Positions 18,096 to 26,827 of a stretch of DNA of 64,000 nucleotides are shown piece after piece. A model generated the notes under the pieces. That model saw only the letters and a program-made list of their open reading frames with translations, had not been told where the DNA came from and searched no databases. Both the position numbers and the translations under genes were made by a program. How positions within the stretch are numbered: position 1 is the stretch's first letter; each line of letters opens with the position of its first letter. The DNA is from an uncultured Pseudomonadales bacterium (GTDB lineage: Bacteria; Patescibacteriota; Microgenomatia; UBA1400; UBA1396): contig CAZEEI010000003.1 of NCBI GenBank assembly GCA_964511175.1, positions 77,716 to 141,715 of the forward strand, written 5' to 3'.

Positions 18096-19216
18096 CCCAG
18101 TTTTACCTCATCGCTCCAGGTGATTAAGCGCTCATTTTCGCCAGCCCCATAAGCCAGTTTGATCCAAATTATTTTAGCCTGATCCTGGTAAGGTTGTAGT
18201 GCCGCCACTTCACTATTAGCCCACTCCAGCGCAATGACTGCTTTCTGCGCAATTAATTCGGCCAGTCCGAGCTGGGCTAGCTCGTTGGCTTGTTCCAAAC
18301 GCCAGGCGTCGATGTGCATAAACGGCCAGGTCTGACCTTCTGCCGCAAAGCGATATTCGTGTTGCAGGGTATAACTGGGCGAGCGCACCGGTTCAGTGAT
18401 GCCTAGGCCGCTGGCTAAGCCTTTGACGAACTGGGTTTTGCCAGCGCCTAACTCGCCTTCCAGGGCGAAAATCACGGCGCGCTGTCCCCATTGGTTACGG
18501 TATTTCTGCGCCAATTCCTGACCTAACTTTTGGGTTGCTTCGGCCGAATGGGAGGCAAGATGTTGAGTTTCCGTAAACTCAACCGAACCCTGACGGAGGG
18601 TATGGTAAGTATCCAGGGTGGTGTCGACCACGGTGGAGGGTGGATTGGCTGGCAATTCATCCGCGTCGAGGATTAGGTCGATCAACCCCTTTTGGCGCGG
18701 TGAGAGCGGCGCAAGAATATCGTCAATGGTATAGGGTCTTTTTTTGCCCGAGGCGTTGGCGCCAGTAGCCGTGAACGGACAACCCAAAGTCGCGGCCAGC
18801 TCTCGCACCAAAGGATAACTCGAAATACGAATACCCAGGGTGCCTTGGGCCGATTCCACTCTGGGCGCCACTGCGTGGCGCCCCACCGACACTACCGTCA
18901 CTGGTCCTGGCAAAAATTGGCGGTAAGCCTGACGCGCGACGTCGTTAAGAACCACGTATTGTTCCGCCATAGCCTGATTAGCCACCATTACCGACAAGGG
19001 TTTGTCGGCACGCTTAGTTTTGTAAGCCAGTAGTTTACCGATTGCTTCGGGATTGGTGGCAGCGGCACCCAGACCGTAAGTAGTTTCGGTAGGATAAACG
19101 ACCAAACCGCCGCCGCGCAAAACTGCAACTGCCTGAGCAACGGCTTCGGCTGAAGAAACAACGGACAAATCAAGATGGCGCATAGGGCTAATTATAGCTT
19201 GATTGGTACAAAGCAC
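18092..19216 (-). CDS. fusion of L-threonylcarbamoyladenylate synthase (TsaC/YrdC domain) and the t6A ATPase TsaE
   Basis: N-terminal half has VVYPTETTYGLGA (YrdC/Sua5 signature). C-terminal half has FALEGELGAGKTQFVKGL (TsaE/YjeE P-loop). Overlaps tsaD by 4 nt. Confidence 0.8.
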   Translation of the reverse strand: MLCTNQAIISPMRHLDLSVVSSAEAVAQAVAVLRGGGLVVYPTETTYGLGAAATNPEAIGKLLAYKTKRADKPLSVMVANQAMAEQYVVLNDVARQAYRQFLPGPVTVVSVGRHAVAPRVESAQGTLGIRISSYPLVRELAATLGCPFTATGANASGKKRPYTIDDILAPLSPRQKGLIDLILDADELPANPPSTVVDTTLDTYHTLRQGSVEFTETQHLASHSAEATQKLGQELAQKYRNQWGQRAVIFALEGELGAGKTQFVKGLASGLGITEPVRSPSYTLQHEYRFAAEGQTWPFMHIDAWRLEQANELAQLGLAELIAQKAVIALEWANSEVAALQPYQDQAKIIWIKLAYGAGENERLITWSDEVKLG

Positions 19217-19278
19217 CGCGGGTGGTGCCGATTTTGATTAAAAGATACTCATAATTTAACACCAGCCAAGCCGATTTT

Positions 19279-19313
19279 TGACACTTCTGATCTTTATTGC
19301 TAAACTACTCGCA
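19279..19313 (+). promoter_or_regulatory. putative sigma-70 promoter for thrS (TTGACA-17-TAAACT)
   Basis: Consensus -35 box and plausible -10 box with 17-nt spacing, ~150 nt upstream of thrS. Confidence 0.4.
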
Positions 19314-19339
19314 CAATTAATATTCTCGTTTGTATCCGC

Positions 19340-19448
19340 CTACCAACCGGAAAGGGAATCGGCGCGTCGCCGTAAGACGTGAATTAAGTCACACGATCAG
19401 GATGGAACCGCCCGCCAGGGCTCCTGAGTAGGGTGACTTTTTTTGTAC
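19340..19448 (+). promoter_or_regulatory. thrS leader with T-box-like motif and terminator hairpin (attenuator)
   Basis: GGATGGAACCGCC resembles the T-box core GGGTGGNACCGCG. It sits inside a long hairpin (AAGTCAC...GTGACTT) followed by TTTTTTT directly upstream of the thrS start. A possible ACC specifier lies in CCTACCAAC. Confidence 0.4.
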
Positions 19449-19462
19449 ATTGAAAGGAAAAC

Positions 19463-21247
19463 ATGTCGGTAATTTTAGACGAAAAACTAGCCCAACTATC
19501 CGGCGATGAGTTAACGCTTTGGCAAATGCGCCACAGTGCCCAACACATCCTTACCTACGCCATGCAATGCGTGTTTGGTGAAGATGCTTTCTACATGGCG
19601 ATGGGTCCGGCTACCGAGGAAGGTTTTTACTTCGATTTTGAACAGCGCGGCGATTTAAATGTGAGCGAAGCCGATTTTCCCAAAATCGAAGCGGCAATGG
19701 CCAAAATTATCGAGGAAAATTTGCCTTTCCGCCGCGAGGAGATTTCGGTCGACGTCGCGCGTGAGTTATTTGCTGGCAACCCCTACAAACAGGAATGGCT
19801 AGATCAGATTCAGGAACGCGGCGAATCGGTGAGTATCTACTACACGGGCGACGGCTTTGTGGATTTGTGTTCCGGACCGCACGTAGATTTGACCGGCCAA
19901 ATTAAGGCTTTTAAATTACTCAGCATCGCCGGTGCCTACTGGCATGGTGACGAGAAAAACAAAATGCTGACGCGAATTTATGGTACGGCCTTCCCCAGTC
20001 AGGCCGAACTCGATCTTTATCTTCAGCAACAGGAAGAAGCTAAGCAACGCGATCATCGCCGCCTGGGCAAAGAACTGGAACTTTTCACTTTTTCGCCGGA
20101 AGTTGGTCAGGGTCTCACCATTTGGCTACCTAACGGCGCCGCCATCCGCCGCACGATTGAGGATTTCATGGTGCGCGAACAAACCAAAATGGGCTACCAG
20201 CACGTTTACAGCCCGCACATCGGGCAGAAATCGCTCTGGGAAAAAAGCGGCCACTGGGATTTGTATCGCGAAAAGATGTATTCCCCAATGGACGTAGATG
20301 GGGTGGAATATTTGGTTAAGCCCATGACTTGCCCCATGCACATCCAGACTTACGAGTTTAAGCCGCGTTCTTACCGCGATTTGCCTTTCCGCATTGCGGA
20401 GGTGGCGTCGGTTTACCGCTACGAGCAATCAGGTGAGCTAAGCGGCCTACTGCGCGTACGTGCTTTTACCCAAGACGATGCTCACATTTTTTGCACGCCA
20501 GACCAGGCGGTGAGTGAGTTTATTGCGGTATTTAAGTTTATCCAAAAACTGTATGCCGCGTTCGGATTCAGCGATTACCGCGTGCGTTTGGGTATTCGCT
20601 CGTCTAAAGAAAAGTACTTAGGTAGCGATGAGCTTTGGGAAGAAGCCCAGGCTAAGGCCGAAAAAGCTTTGCAAGAAGCCGGCGCCGCTTACTTTATTGC
20701 GGAAGGTGACGCTGCTTTCTACGGTCCTAAAGCCGACTTCTTGATTAAAGATGCGCTGGGTCGCGAATGGCAGTGCGGCACGGTGCAGATCGACTTCATG
20801 TTGCCGCAGCGTTTTGGTTTGAAGTATGTGGACAGTGACGGCCAAGAGAAAACGCCGGTCATGATTCACCGCGCGCCGCTGGGTTCGCTGGAACGCTTTT
20901 TGGCTATCCTAATCGAAAACTACGCGGGCAACTTCCCCACCTGGATAACGCCGGTACAAGTCAAAGTTTTGCCGATCACTGATCGCAATCTGATTTATGC
21001 CCAAAAGATTGTCGCTCAACTGCAGGAAGATGGGATTCGAGTTGAACTGGATGAGCGCAGTGAAACTCTGGGCGCTAAGATTCGTGACGCCCAAAAGGCG
21101 AAGGTGGCTTATATGCTGATTATTGGCGATAAAGAAGAAGCGCAGAACCAGGTAGCAGTACGTTCGCGTGACGGTAAGAATCACGGCGTAATGGCGTTAA
21201 GTCAGTTTAACGATAATATTCGCCAGGAGATTGATGCGCAAAAATAA
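19463..21247 (+). CDS. thrS: threonyl-tRNA synthetase
   Basis: Class II aaRS motifs. HRRLGKELELF (motif 1 region of ThrRS), MTCPMHIQ, FRIAEVASVYRYE and the C-terminal anticodon-binding domain. Confidence 0.9.
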   Translation: MSVILDEKLAQLSGDELTLWQMRHSAQHILTYAMQCVFGEDAFYMAMGPATEEGFYFDFEQRGDLNVSEADFPKIEAAMAKIIEENLPFRREEISVDVARELFAGNPYKQEWLDQIQERGESVSIYYTGDGFVDLCSGPHVDLTGQIKAFKLLSIAGAYWHGDEKNKMLTRIYGTAFPSQAELDLYLQQQEEAKQRDHRRLGKELELFTFSPEVGQGLTIWLPNGAAIRRTIEDFMVREQTKMGYQHVYSPHIGQKSLWEKSGHWDLYREKMYSPMDVDGVEYLVKPMTCPMHIQTYEFKPRSYRDLPFRIAEVASVYRYEQSGELSGLLRVRAFTQDDAHIFCTPDQAVSEFIAVFKFIQKLYAAFGFSDYRVRLGIRSSKEKYLGSDELWEEAQAKAEKALQEAGAAYFIAEGDAAFYGPKADFLIKDALGREWQCGTVQIDFMLPQRFGLKYVDSDGQEKTPVMIHRAPLGSLERFLAILIENYAGNFPTWITPVQVKVLPITDRNLIYAQKIVAQLQEDGIRVELDERSETLGAKIRDAQKAKVAYMLIIGDKEEAQNQVAVRSRDGKNHGVMALSQFNDNIRQEIDAQK

Positions 21248-22361
21248 AGCCGACCTTGATTTAGTGGCCGCCTTGGATTTGGCGCAAGTGGTAACGCAGG
21301 CGCAAACGACGCAATTTTTTGCTGAGTATTTACCACACTTGGGCGAGATTGATCCATTGTTAGCCCAGGTGGGCGCGCGATTGCAGGAGTACTGTCTGCG
21401 GCCAGGCAAGGCGATTCGCCCGCTGATGGTAGCGTGCGGTGCGGCTTGGTCGCGTTCGGTGCCGTTGGCTGAAGCTTTGGGCGATCGGCAAGTTCAGTCG
21501 CTTTTACTGGCGGTGGAGTTGATCCACAAGCGCCTACTCATGGCCGACGATATCGCCGACCGGGACGAACGCCGCCATGGCAAACCATCTTTCCACACTC
21601 AATGGGAACAGGACTTAAGCCAAGATCCCCACTACCGCCGGTTACCGATCGAGGAGCGTCGTCATTTTGCCCGTTCTTATACCGAGATTGCCGGTATCTG
21701 GTTGCAGCGCCTCAGCGAGCAAGCCATCGCGGCGGGCAATTTTTCTCTAGCCCAACGTCGTCAAATCGACGCTATTTTATTGGGTTACGTTTACGAAAAA
21801 ACACCAGCCGGCTGGTATGTGCTTTTTGATCAGAACTTTACCCCGCTTGATCAAGTTTCTCCGGCGGAGTTTTTGCACGGTTTGGCCATGGTTACTGGCG
21901 CGTATAGTTTCCAGTCGCCATTGTTGCTAGGTTTATTGTTGGGATCGGCGGGCGCCAAATTCAAGCAGCCGCTGATTGAGTTTGGCGAAGCAGTAGGTTT
22001 AGTCCACCAGTTGACCGACGACGTGATTGGTTTGTTTGGCGATCCAGAAGTGACGGGCAAACCGGTGGGGGGTGATTTGCGTGAAGGTAAAAAGACTCTG
22101 CTCATGCAGTACGCCTACCAGTTGGGTAGTGAGACACAGCGGCGACAGCTAGTTAGGCTTTTAGGCAAACCCGATATCACTACGGCCGAAGTCACAACAG
22201 TACGAGCCATGGTAGAAAGCACTGGGGCATTGGCTAAAAACCAAGCCAAGATTGCCGAGTATGTGGCGGCTGGTGAGCAGGTCTTAGGCCGTTTACCAGC
22301 CGGCGAAATCAATCATCTTTTACAACAACTTTTGTCTTTTTTGGTGGGACGCAAACGCTGA
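21234..22361 (+). CDS. polyprenyl diphosphate synthase (trans-isoprenyl diphosphate synthase family)
   Basis: First aspartate-rich motif LMADDIADRDERRHGKP and second QLTDDVIGLFGD. Start overlaps the thrS 3' end. Confidence 0.8.
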   Translation: MRKNKADLDLVAALDLAQVVTQAQTTQFFAEYLPHLGEIDPLLAQVGARLQEYCLRPGKAIRPLMVACGAAWSRSVPLAEALGDRQVQSLLLAVELIHKRLLMADDIADRDERRHGKPSFHTQWEQDLSQDPHYRRLPIEERRHFARSYTEIAGIWLQRLSEQAIAAGNFSLAQRRQIDAILLGYVYEKTPAGWYVLFDQNFTPLDQVSPAEFLHGLAMVTGAYSFQSPLLLGLLLGSAGAKFKQPLIEFGEAVGLVHQLTDDVIGLFGDPEVTGKPVGGDLREGKKTLLMQYAYQLGSETQRRQLVRLLGKPDITTAEVTTVRAMVESTGALAKNQAKIAEYVAAGEQVLGRLPAGEINHLLQQLLSFLVGRKR

Positions 22362-22371
22362 GGCGCTGGGT

Positions 22372-22454
22372 GCTGAGGGTGTAACCCTTCAGGCGTAGAC
22401 AAACTCAGGGTTACACCCTAAACCTTTTTACGCCTGAAGGGTTACACCCTCAGC
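22372..22454. repeat. palindromic intergenic element, copy 1 (26-bp perfect arms GCTGAGGGTGTAACCCTTCAGGCGTA / TACGCCTGAAGGGTTACACCCTCAGC)
   Basis: Seen directly. A third copy of the half-motif (AGGGTTACACCCT) lies in the loop. It sits between convergent genes and covers the stop codon of the minus-strand gene. A near-identical copy is at 32738-32813. Confidence 0.7.
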
Positions 22455-23892
22455 TAAGGAGTTGCCGCATTTTTTCTTCAATCGCCCTGGCCTGCTGCTG
22501 GTCATGGGCAAAAATAATGTAAGCCATTTTGTTTTGAGCCAATAAGTTACCGCCGCACAAAACCAAACCCGTTTGGGTGGCCGGATCATATTCTAAACTT
22601 TGCAATTCTTGCCGCAGTGTCGCAAAGTTTCTCGCTTTCTTACCCGGCAGCGGCCAAACGTTATTAGAAACAATGTAAGCTTTGTTTAAGAAATCTGCGC
22701 CCAGCAAACTACGCGCCGCATGGTAAACGTGTGTACCACCGGTACGACGCACGTTAGACTCGGTAACGTAAAGATTGCCATCTTGGCCCACGATGAAATC
22801 GATATCAAAGTAGCCGCGGTAGCCGTAACGCGCGTACTCCCCGCCCAGCGCCCGGCCGATGCGGATCATTTTGTCTAACATTTCTTTTGGTACGGCGTTA
22901 GCGTAAATTTCGGTACCCTGGAAAGTACCGCCGCTGGTGACGCGCATGCCGCAAACATACAGGAAAGTTACTTGGCCGTCTGGTTCGATGCGAAACTCAG
23001 CGCTAGGAAACCCTCCCGCTATTTTAGGGTTGGCCGGTATATAATCTTCGACTACCATCGGAAAATCCGACCAATAATCATCATTAGTCAGAATATCCAT
23101 GATCTTTTCCCGCGCTGCTTCTTGCTGGTGCGGTAGATCGTCTGGGCGGAGGATCACCACACCCAATCCCGCGTGGCCTTTTTGGGTTTTAAGCACCACA
23201 CCGTGGTTGAGTAAATGGCGCGCCGTAGCCAGATTGGTACCATTAGTTACTCCGGAAACAATAAAGCCGGTCGACATGAGTGCCGCTGGCTCGGTGTGGC
23301 TTAATTGCTGGACCATTTGGCGGATACCGGTTTTGCTACCAAAAAAGTTGACGACCCAGTTATCTTCCCGATCTGGCGACTGAGGTGCTTCGATCTGGAT
23401 ATTGCTTTGGCGCAGGCGATTAACCAGTCCCTGGAACCAAACGGAAGAAGAATAGCTTAAGGCAATCAGCGGCCCCTGTTTACTCAGTTCGCGCAAACGG
23501 TGCCAAACCGCTTTATCGTTTTGGGCATCCTCGCAAAGTTGGCCGGTATGGATTTTCGGAACCAAAACTTCAATTTCCCGCTGGCCGAATAAGGTTTGGT
23601 AATATTCCAAGTAATCTGGATCGACCGCTTGTGGTGTGATGAAGACCAAGCGTTTAAACTCCGCCAGGGCAAACAGGTCACGGTCGCTGAGAGCGGCATT
23701 CTCACTAATTTCGCTTTCTCGCGCTACTTGATCATCAATCCGTTTAATAAACGGCCAGACGTCTTCCGAAGTATTGGAGAAAAAAACAACCGTCGGCAAG
23801 GGCGACGGATCAGCATCATCAACCGATTCCATATTATAGGCAACACTATAACAGTTATGCGGCTGGTTGCAATAGGGGTCTGACCCTGCCAT
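22450..23892 (-). CDS. ATP-grasp-fold protein (possible amino-acid/peptide ligase), 480 aa
   Basis: C-terminal half has GVVLKTQKGHAGLGVVIL, VEDYIP and YVTESNVRRTGGTH, resembling the ATP-grasp central and C-terminal subdomains. The N-terminal half is unassigned. Confidence 0.5.
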   Translation of the reverse strand: MAGSDPYCNQPHNCYSVAYNMESVDDADPSPLPTVVFFSNTSEDVWPFIKRIDDQVARESEISENAALSDRDLFALAEFKRLVFITPQAVDPDYLEYYQTLFGQREIEVLVPKIHTGQLCEDAQNDKAVWHRLRELSKQGPLIALSYSSSVWFQGLVNRLRQSNIQIEAPQSPDREDNWVVNFFGSKTGIRQMVQQLSHTEPAALMSTGFIVSGVTNGTNLATARHLLNHGVVLKTQKGHAGLGVVILRPDDLPHQQEAAREKIMDILTNDDYWSDFPMVVEDYIPANPKIAGGFPSAEFRIEPDGQVTFLYVCGMRVTSGGTFQGTEIYANAVPKEMLDKMIRIGRALGGEYARYGYRGYFDIDFIVGQDGNLYVTESNVRRTGGTHVYHAARSLLGADFLNKAYIVSNNVWPLPGKKARNFATLRQELQSLEYDPATQTGLVLCGGNLLAQNKMAYIIFAHDQQQARAIEEKMRQLLS

Positions 23893-23902
23893 AGGTCTGA
23901 CC

Positions 23903-26365
23903 CTAATTCAGCAGTGCCACCGCCAGCACTTCGCTGACGTGGTTGACTGGCCGAATGTCGATATCCATCTTAATTTTGTCGGGTAATTCGACCAAATCCT
24001 TAATATTTTGTTTGGGTATGAAGACAATTTTAATGCCCGCGCGGTGAGCAGCGATTAGTTTTTCCTTGAGGCCGCCGATCGGCAGTACGCGGCCGCGCAG
24101 GGTCACTTCACCGGTCATAGCGATATCGCTGCGAATCGGCCGGTCAGTGTAAACCGAAGCTAAAACGGTGGTCATGGCTACGCCAGCGGAGGGGCCGTCT
24201 TTGGGGACAGCACCTTCCGGCGCGTGGACGTGAACGTGGTGTTTCAAAATTTTGTTCGGATCAATTTTCAACTCGGCCGCTTTAGAGCGGACGTAAGTGA
24301 AGGCCGCCTTAGCCGACTCCTGCATCACTTCGCCCAGTTGGCCGGTCAAGGTAATGCCTTCCTTACCTGGCGTCAAAGCTGCTTCAATAGGTAATAGTTC
24401 GCCGCCAGCACTGGTCCAGGCTAAACCGTTAACCAAACCAATCTCTGCCTGTTTTTCTTGGATCATATCAATGAATTTGGGCGGACCAAGCAGTTTAGTT
24501 AAATTGGTACGAGTAATAACTACTTTGGTGTGGTTTGATTTGGCCGAAGTAATTTGCCGTGCGGCCTTGCGGGCCAGCGATGCCAACTCCCGCTTCAGGT
24601 TACGGACACCAGCTTCGCGCGTGTAGTGACGAATCACTTCCCGCAAGGCCGCATCCCCCACCTTTAATTGTCCTGCTTTGAGACCTGCCCCAGATTGAAC
24701 CTGTGGTAATAGATATTTTTTCGCGATGTGCCACTTTTCGTCTTCGGTATAGCCGGCGTACTCCACCACTTCCAAGCGGTCGCGTAGGGCTGGCGGAATG
24801 GTATGTAACACATTGGCGGTCGTAATAAAAATCACTTCGGAAAGGTCGAATGGTAAGCCCAAGTAATGGTCGGAGAAGTCGTGGTTTTGTTCGGGATCCA
24901 GTGCCTCCAGCAGGGCCGCCGAAGGATCGCCGCGAAAATCCTGGCCAATTTTATCGATTTCGTCCAGCATAAAAACGGGGTTTTTGGTTTTGGCTTGAGT
25001 GATTCCCTGAATAATTCGGCCAGGCAGCGCGCCCACATAAGTACGGCGGTGACCGCGAATTTCAGCTTCATCATGGATACCGCCCAGGGAAACTTTCACA
25101 AATTCGCGTCCCAGGGCCTCGGCAATGGAGCGGCCAATGGAGGTTTTGCCGACTCCCGGCGGGCCAACAAAGCAAAGGATAGTGGTCAACGAATCCGGCT
25201 GACGGTACTTTTTGCCGGGCGCAGCAGTGTGATTTTCTTTGGCGGCACTTTGACGCAACTGGAGCACAGCTAAGTGTTCCAAGATGCGTTCCTTTACTTT
25301 ATCCAAACCATAATGGTGTTTTTGCAAAACGAGATTGGCCTTTTGGAGCGAAGTGCGGCCGCGGGAGCGCTTGGACCAAGGCAGGCCCAAAACAGTTTCC
25401 AGCCAGGTATGGATGTAAGCGTACTCGGAGTGCATCGGCGACATTTGGCTTAGCCGCCGCAATTCTTTTTCGACCTTAATCTGTACGTCTTTAGGTAAAG
25501 AAATCTTGGCCAGTTGAGTGGTTAATTCATCCAATTCAGCCGTTTCGTCATCCAGTTCACCGAGCTCTTTTTGAATAGCCTGCATTCTTTCGCGCAAGAT
25601 ATTTTCCCGCATGCGTTGATCGATATTTTTCTTGGTTTCACTATTAATTTTTTGTTCGATATCCAAAATATGTTGTTCGCGGGAAAGATGGGCAATTACC
25701 CGGCCAATACGCTGGTTGATATCTAACTCCTCGAGCAAAGCTTGCTTATCCAAGGTTGGCAAGTCCAAAGTGGAGGCTACGTGATCCACTAATTCGGAGG
25801 GTGGGACGCCGCCCATTAACTTAATGAAGTTAAAGAACTCCACTGGTTTGCCTTGTTGAATAGTTTTCTTGAATAAATTGGTTAAGTGATTTACTTGAGC
25901 TTGGAACTCATCGGTAGTTTCCAGTTTTTCGGATAAATCACTGACTTTAACCAAAAGAAAAGGTTCGGTTTGGGGAAAATCGACGATTTTCACCCGCTTG
26001 AGACCACGCAGCAAAACGTGTAGCTCGTTCTCATGTTCTAAAGTACGTTCGATTTTAGCCAGGGTGGCAATGCGGAAAAGTTGACGGGGTGGGGGATTTT
26101 CCTGGCGGGGATTTTTTTGGGCAACCACGACTATTAACTGATTAGCATTTTCCGCCTCGCGGATGGCTTGTTGGGACTGCGGCCGACCAAAAACTAAGAC
26201 GCTTTCGGCATGGGGGAAAACCACTCCTTCGCGCAGAGTTACCAGAGGGAAAACCGGATCAGGCAAAACGGGCACAGTTTTAGCTGGCAACGAATCGGGC
26301 GAAACCAAGGTGGATTCCTCTACCGGTTTTTTGGTCGCTGATTTTTTCTTAATAACTAAGGCCAT
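23903..26365 (-). CDS. lon: ATP-dependent Lon protease (LonA type)
   Basis: N-terminal LAN domain, HYGLDKVKERILEHLAV, Walker A GPPGVGKTS, Walker B FMLDEIDK and the protease-domain catalytic-Ser motif PKDGPSAGVAM. Confidence 0.9.
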   Translation of the reverse strand: MALVIKKKSATKKPVEESTLVSPDSLPAKTVPVLPDPVFPLVTLREGVVFPHAESVLVFGRPQSQQAIREAENANQLIVVVAQKNPRQENPPPRQLFRIATLAKIERTLEHENELHVLLRGLKRVKIVDFPQTEPFLLVKVSDLSEKLETTDEFQAQVNHLTNLFKKTIQQGKPVEFFNFIKLMGGVPPSELVDHVASTLDLPTLDKQALLEELDINQRIGRVIAHLSREQHILDIEQKINSETKKNIDQRMRENILRERMQAIQKELGELDDETAELDELTTQLAKISLPKDVQIKVEKELRRLSQMSPMHSEYAYIHTWLETVLGLPWSKRSRGRTSLQKANLVLQKHHYGLDKVKERILEHLAVLQLRQSAAKENHTAAPGKKYRQPDSLTTILCFVGPPGVGKTSIGRSIAEALGREFVKVSLGGIHDEAEIRGHRRTYVGALPGRIIQGITQAKTKNPVFMLDEIDKIGQDFRGDPSAALLEALDPEQNHDFSDHYLGLPFDLSEVIFITTANVLHTIPPALRDRLEVVEYAGYTEDEKWHIAKKYLLPQVQSGAGLKAGQLKVGDAALREVIRHYTREAGVRNLKRELASLARKAARQITSAKSNHTKVVITRTNLTKLLGPPKFIDMIQEKQAEIGLVNGLAWTSAGGELLPIEAALTPGKEGITLTGQLGEVMQESAKAAFTYVRSKAAELKIDPNKILKHHVHVHAPEGAVPKDGPSAGVAMTTVLASVYTDRPIRSDIAMTGEVTLRGRVLPIGGLKEKLIAAHRAGIKIVFIPKQNIKDLVELPDKIKMDIDIRPVNHVSEVLAVALLN

Positions 26366-26827
26366 GGTGTAATCTCACTAGCAAGGTTAGCATTTTAAGC
26401 AAAAGACTGCTAATTGTCTAGGGCTGAACCACGATCATTTGCCAACTCAACAGCACGGTAGCAATCAGGGTCAACCAAAAAACGAGAAAAAAAAGATGAA
26501 AAGAGAAATTAGACCGCTTAATTTCCTGGGGCAGGGGTGGCAAAACAATTTCCTCGCTGTTTTCGGTCAAAATTTCTGGTGGTAAAGATTCCGCTAAAGA
26601 CCGACGGCGACGGAAAGGCGTAATTACCATGACTCATTCATTGTACACTGCGGTATAATACATGCAGCACATTAGAAAGAAAGAAGTCACTAACTTACTA
26701 TGCTTCAAATACTAGTCAGGCTATCGCTTAGGAAAGGTTCGGACCCGGAATACGTTCCGCTGGTTTTATTGACCGATTCACCAACGACTGACTAGTTATC
26801 CTGAGGCATGGTGAAAAAAGGAGAACC

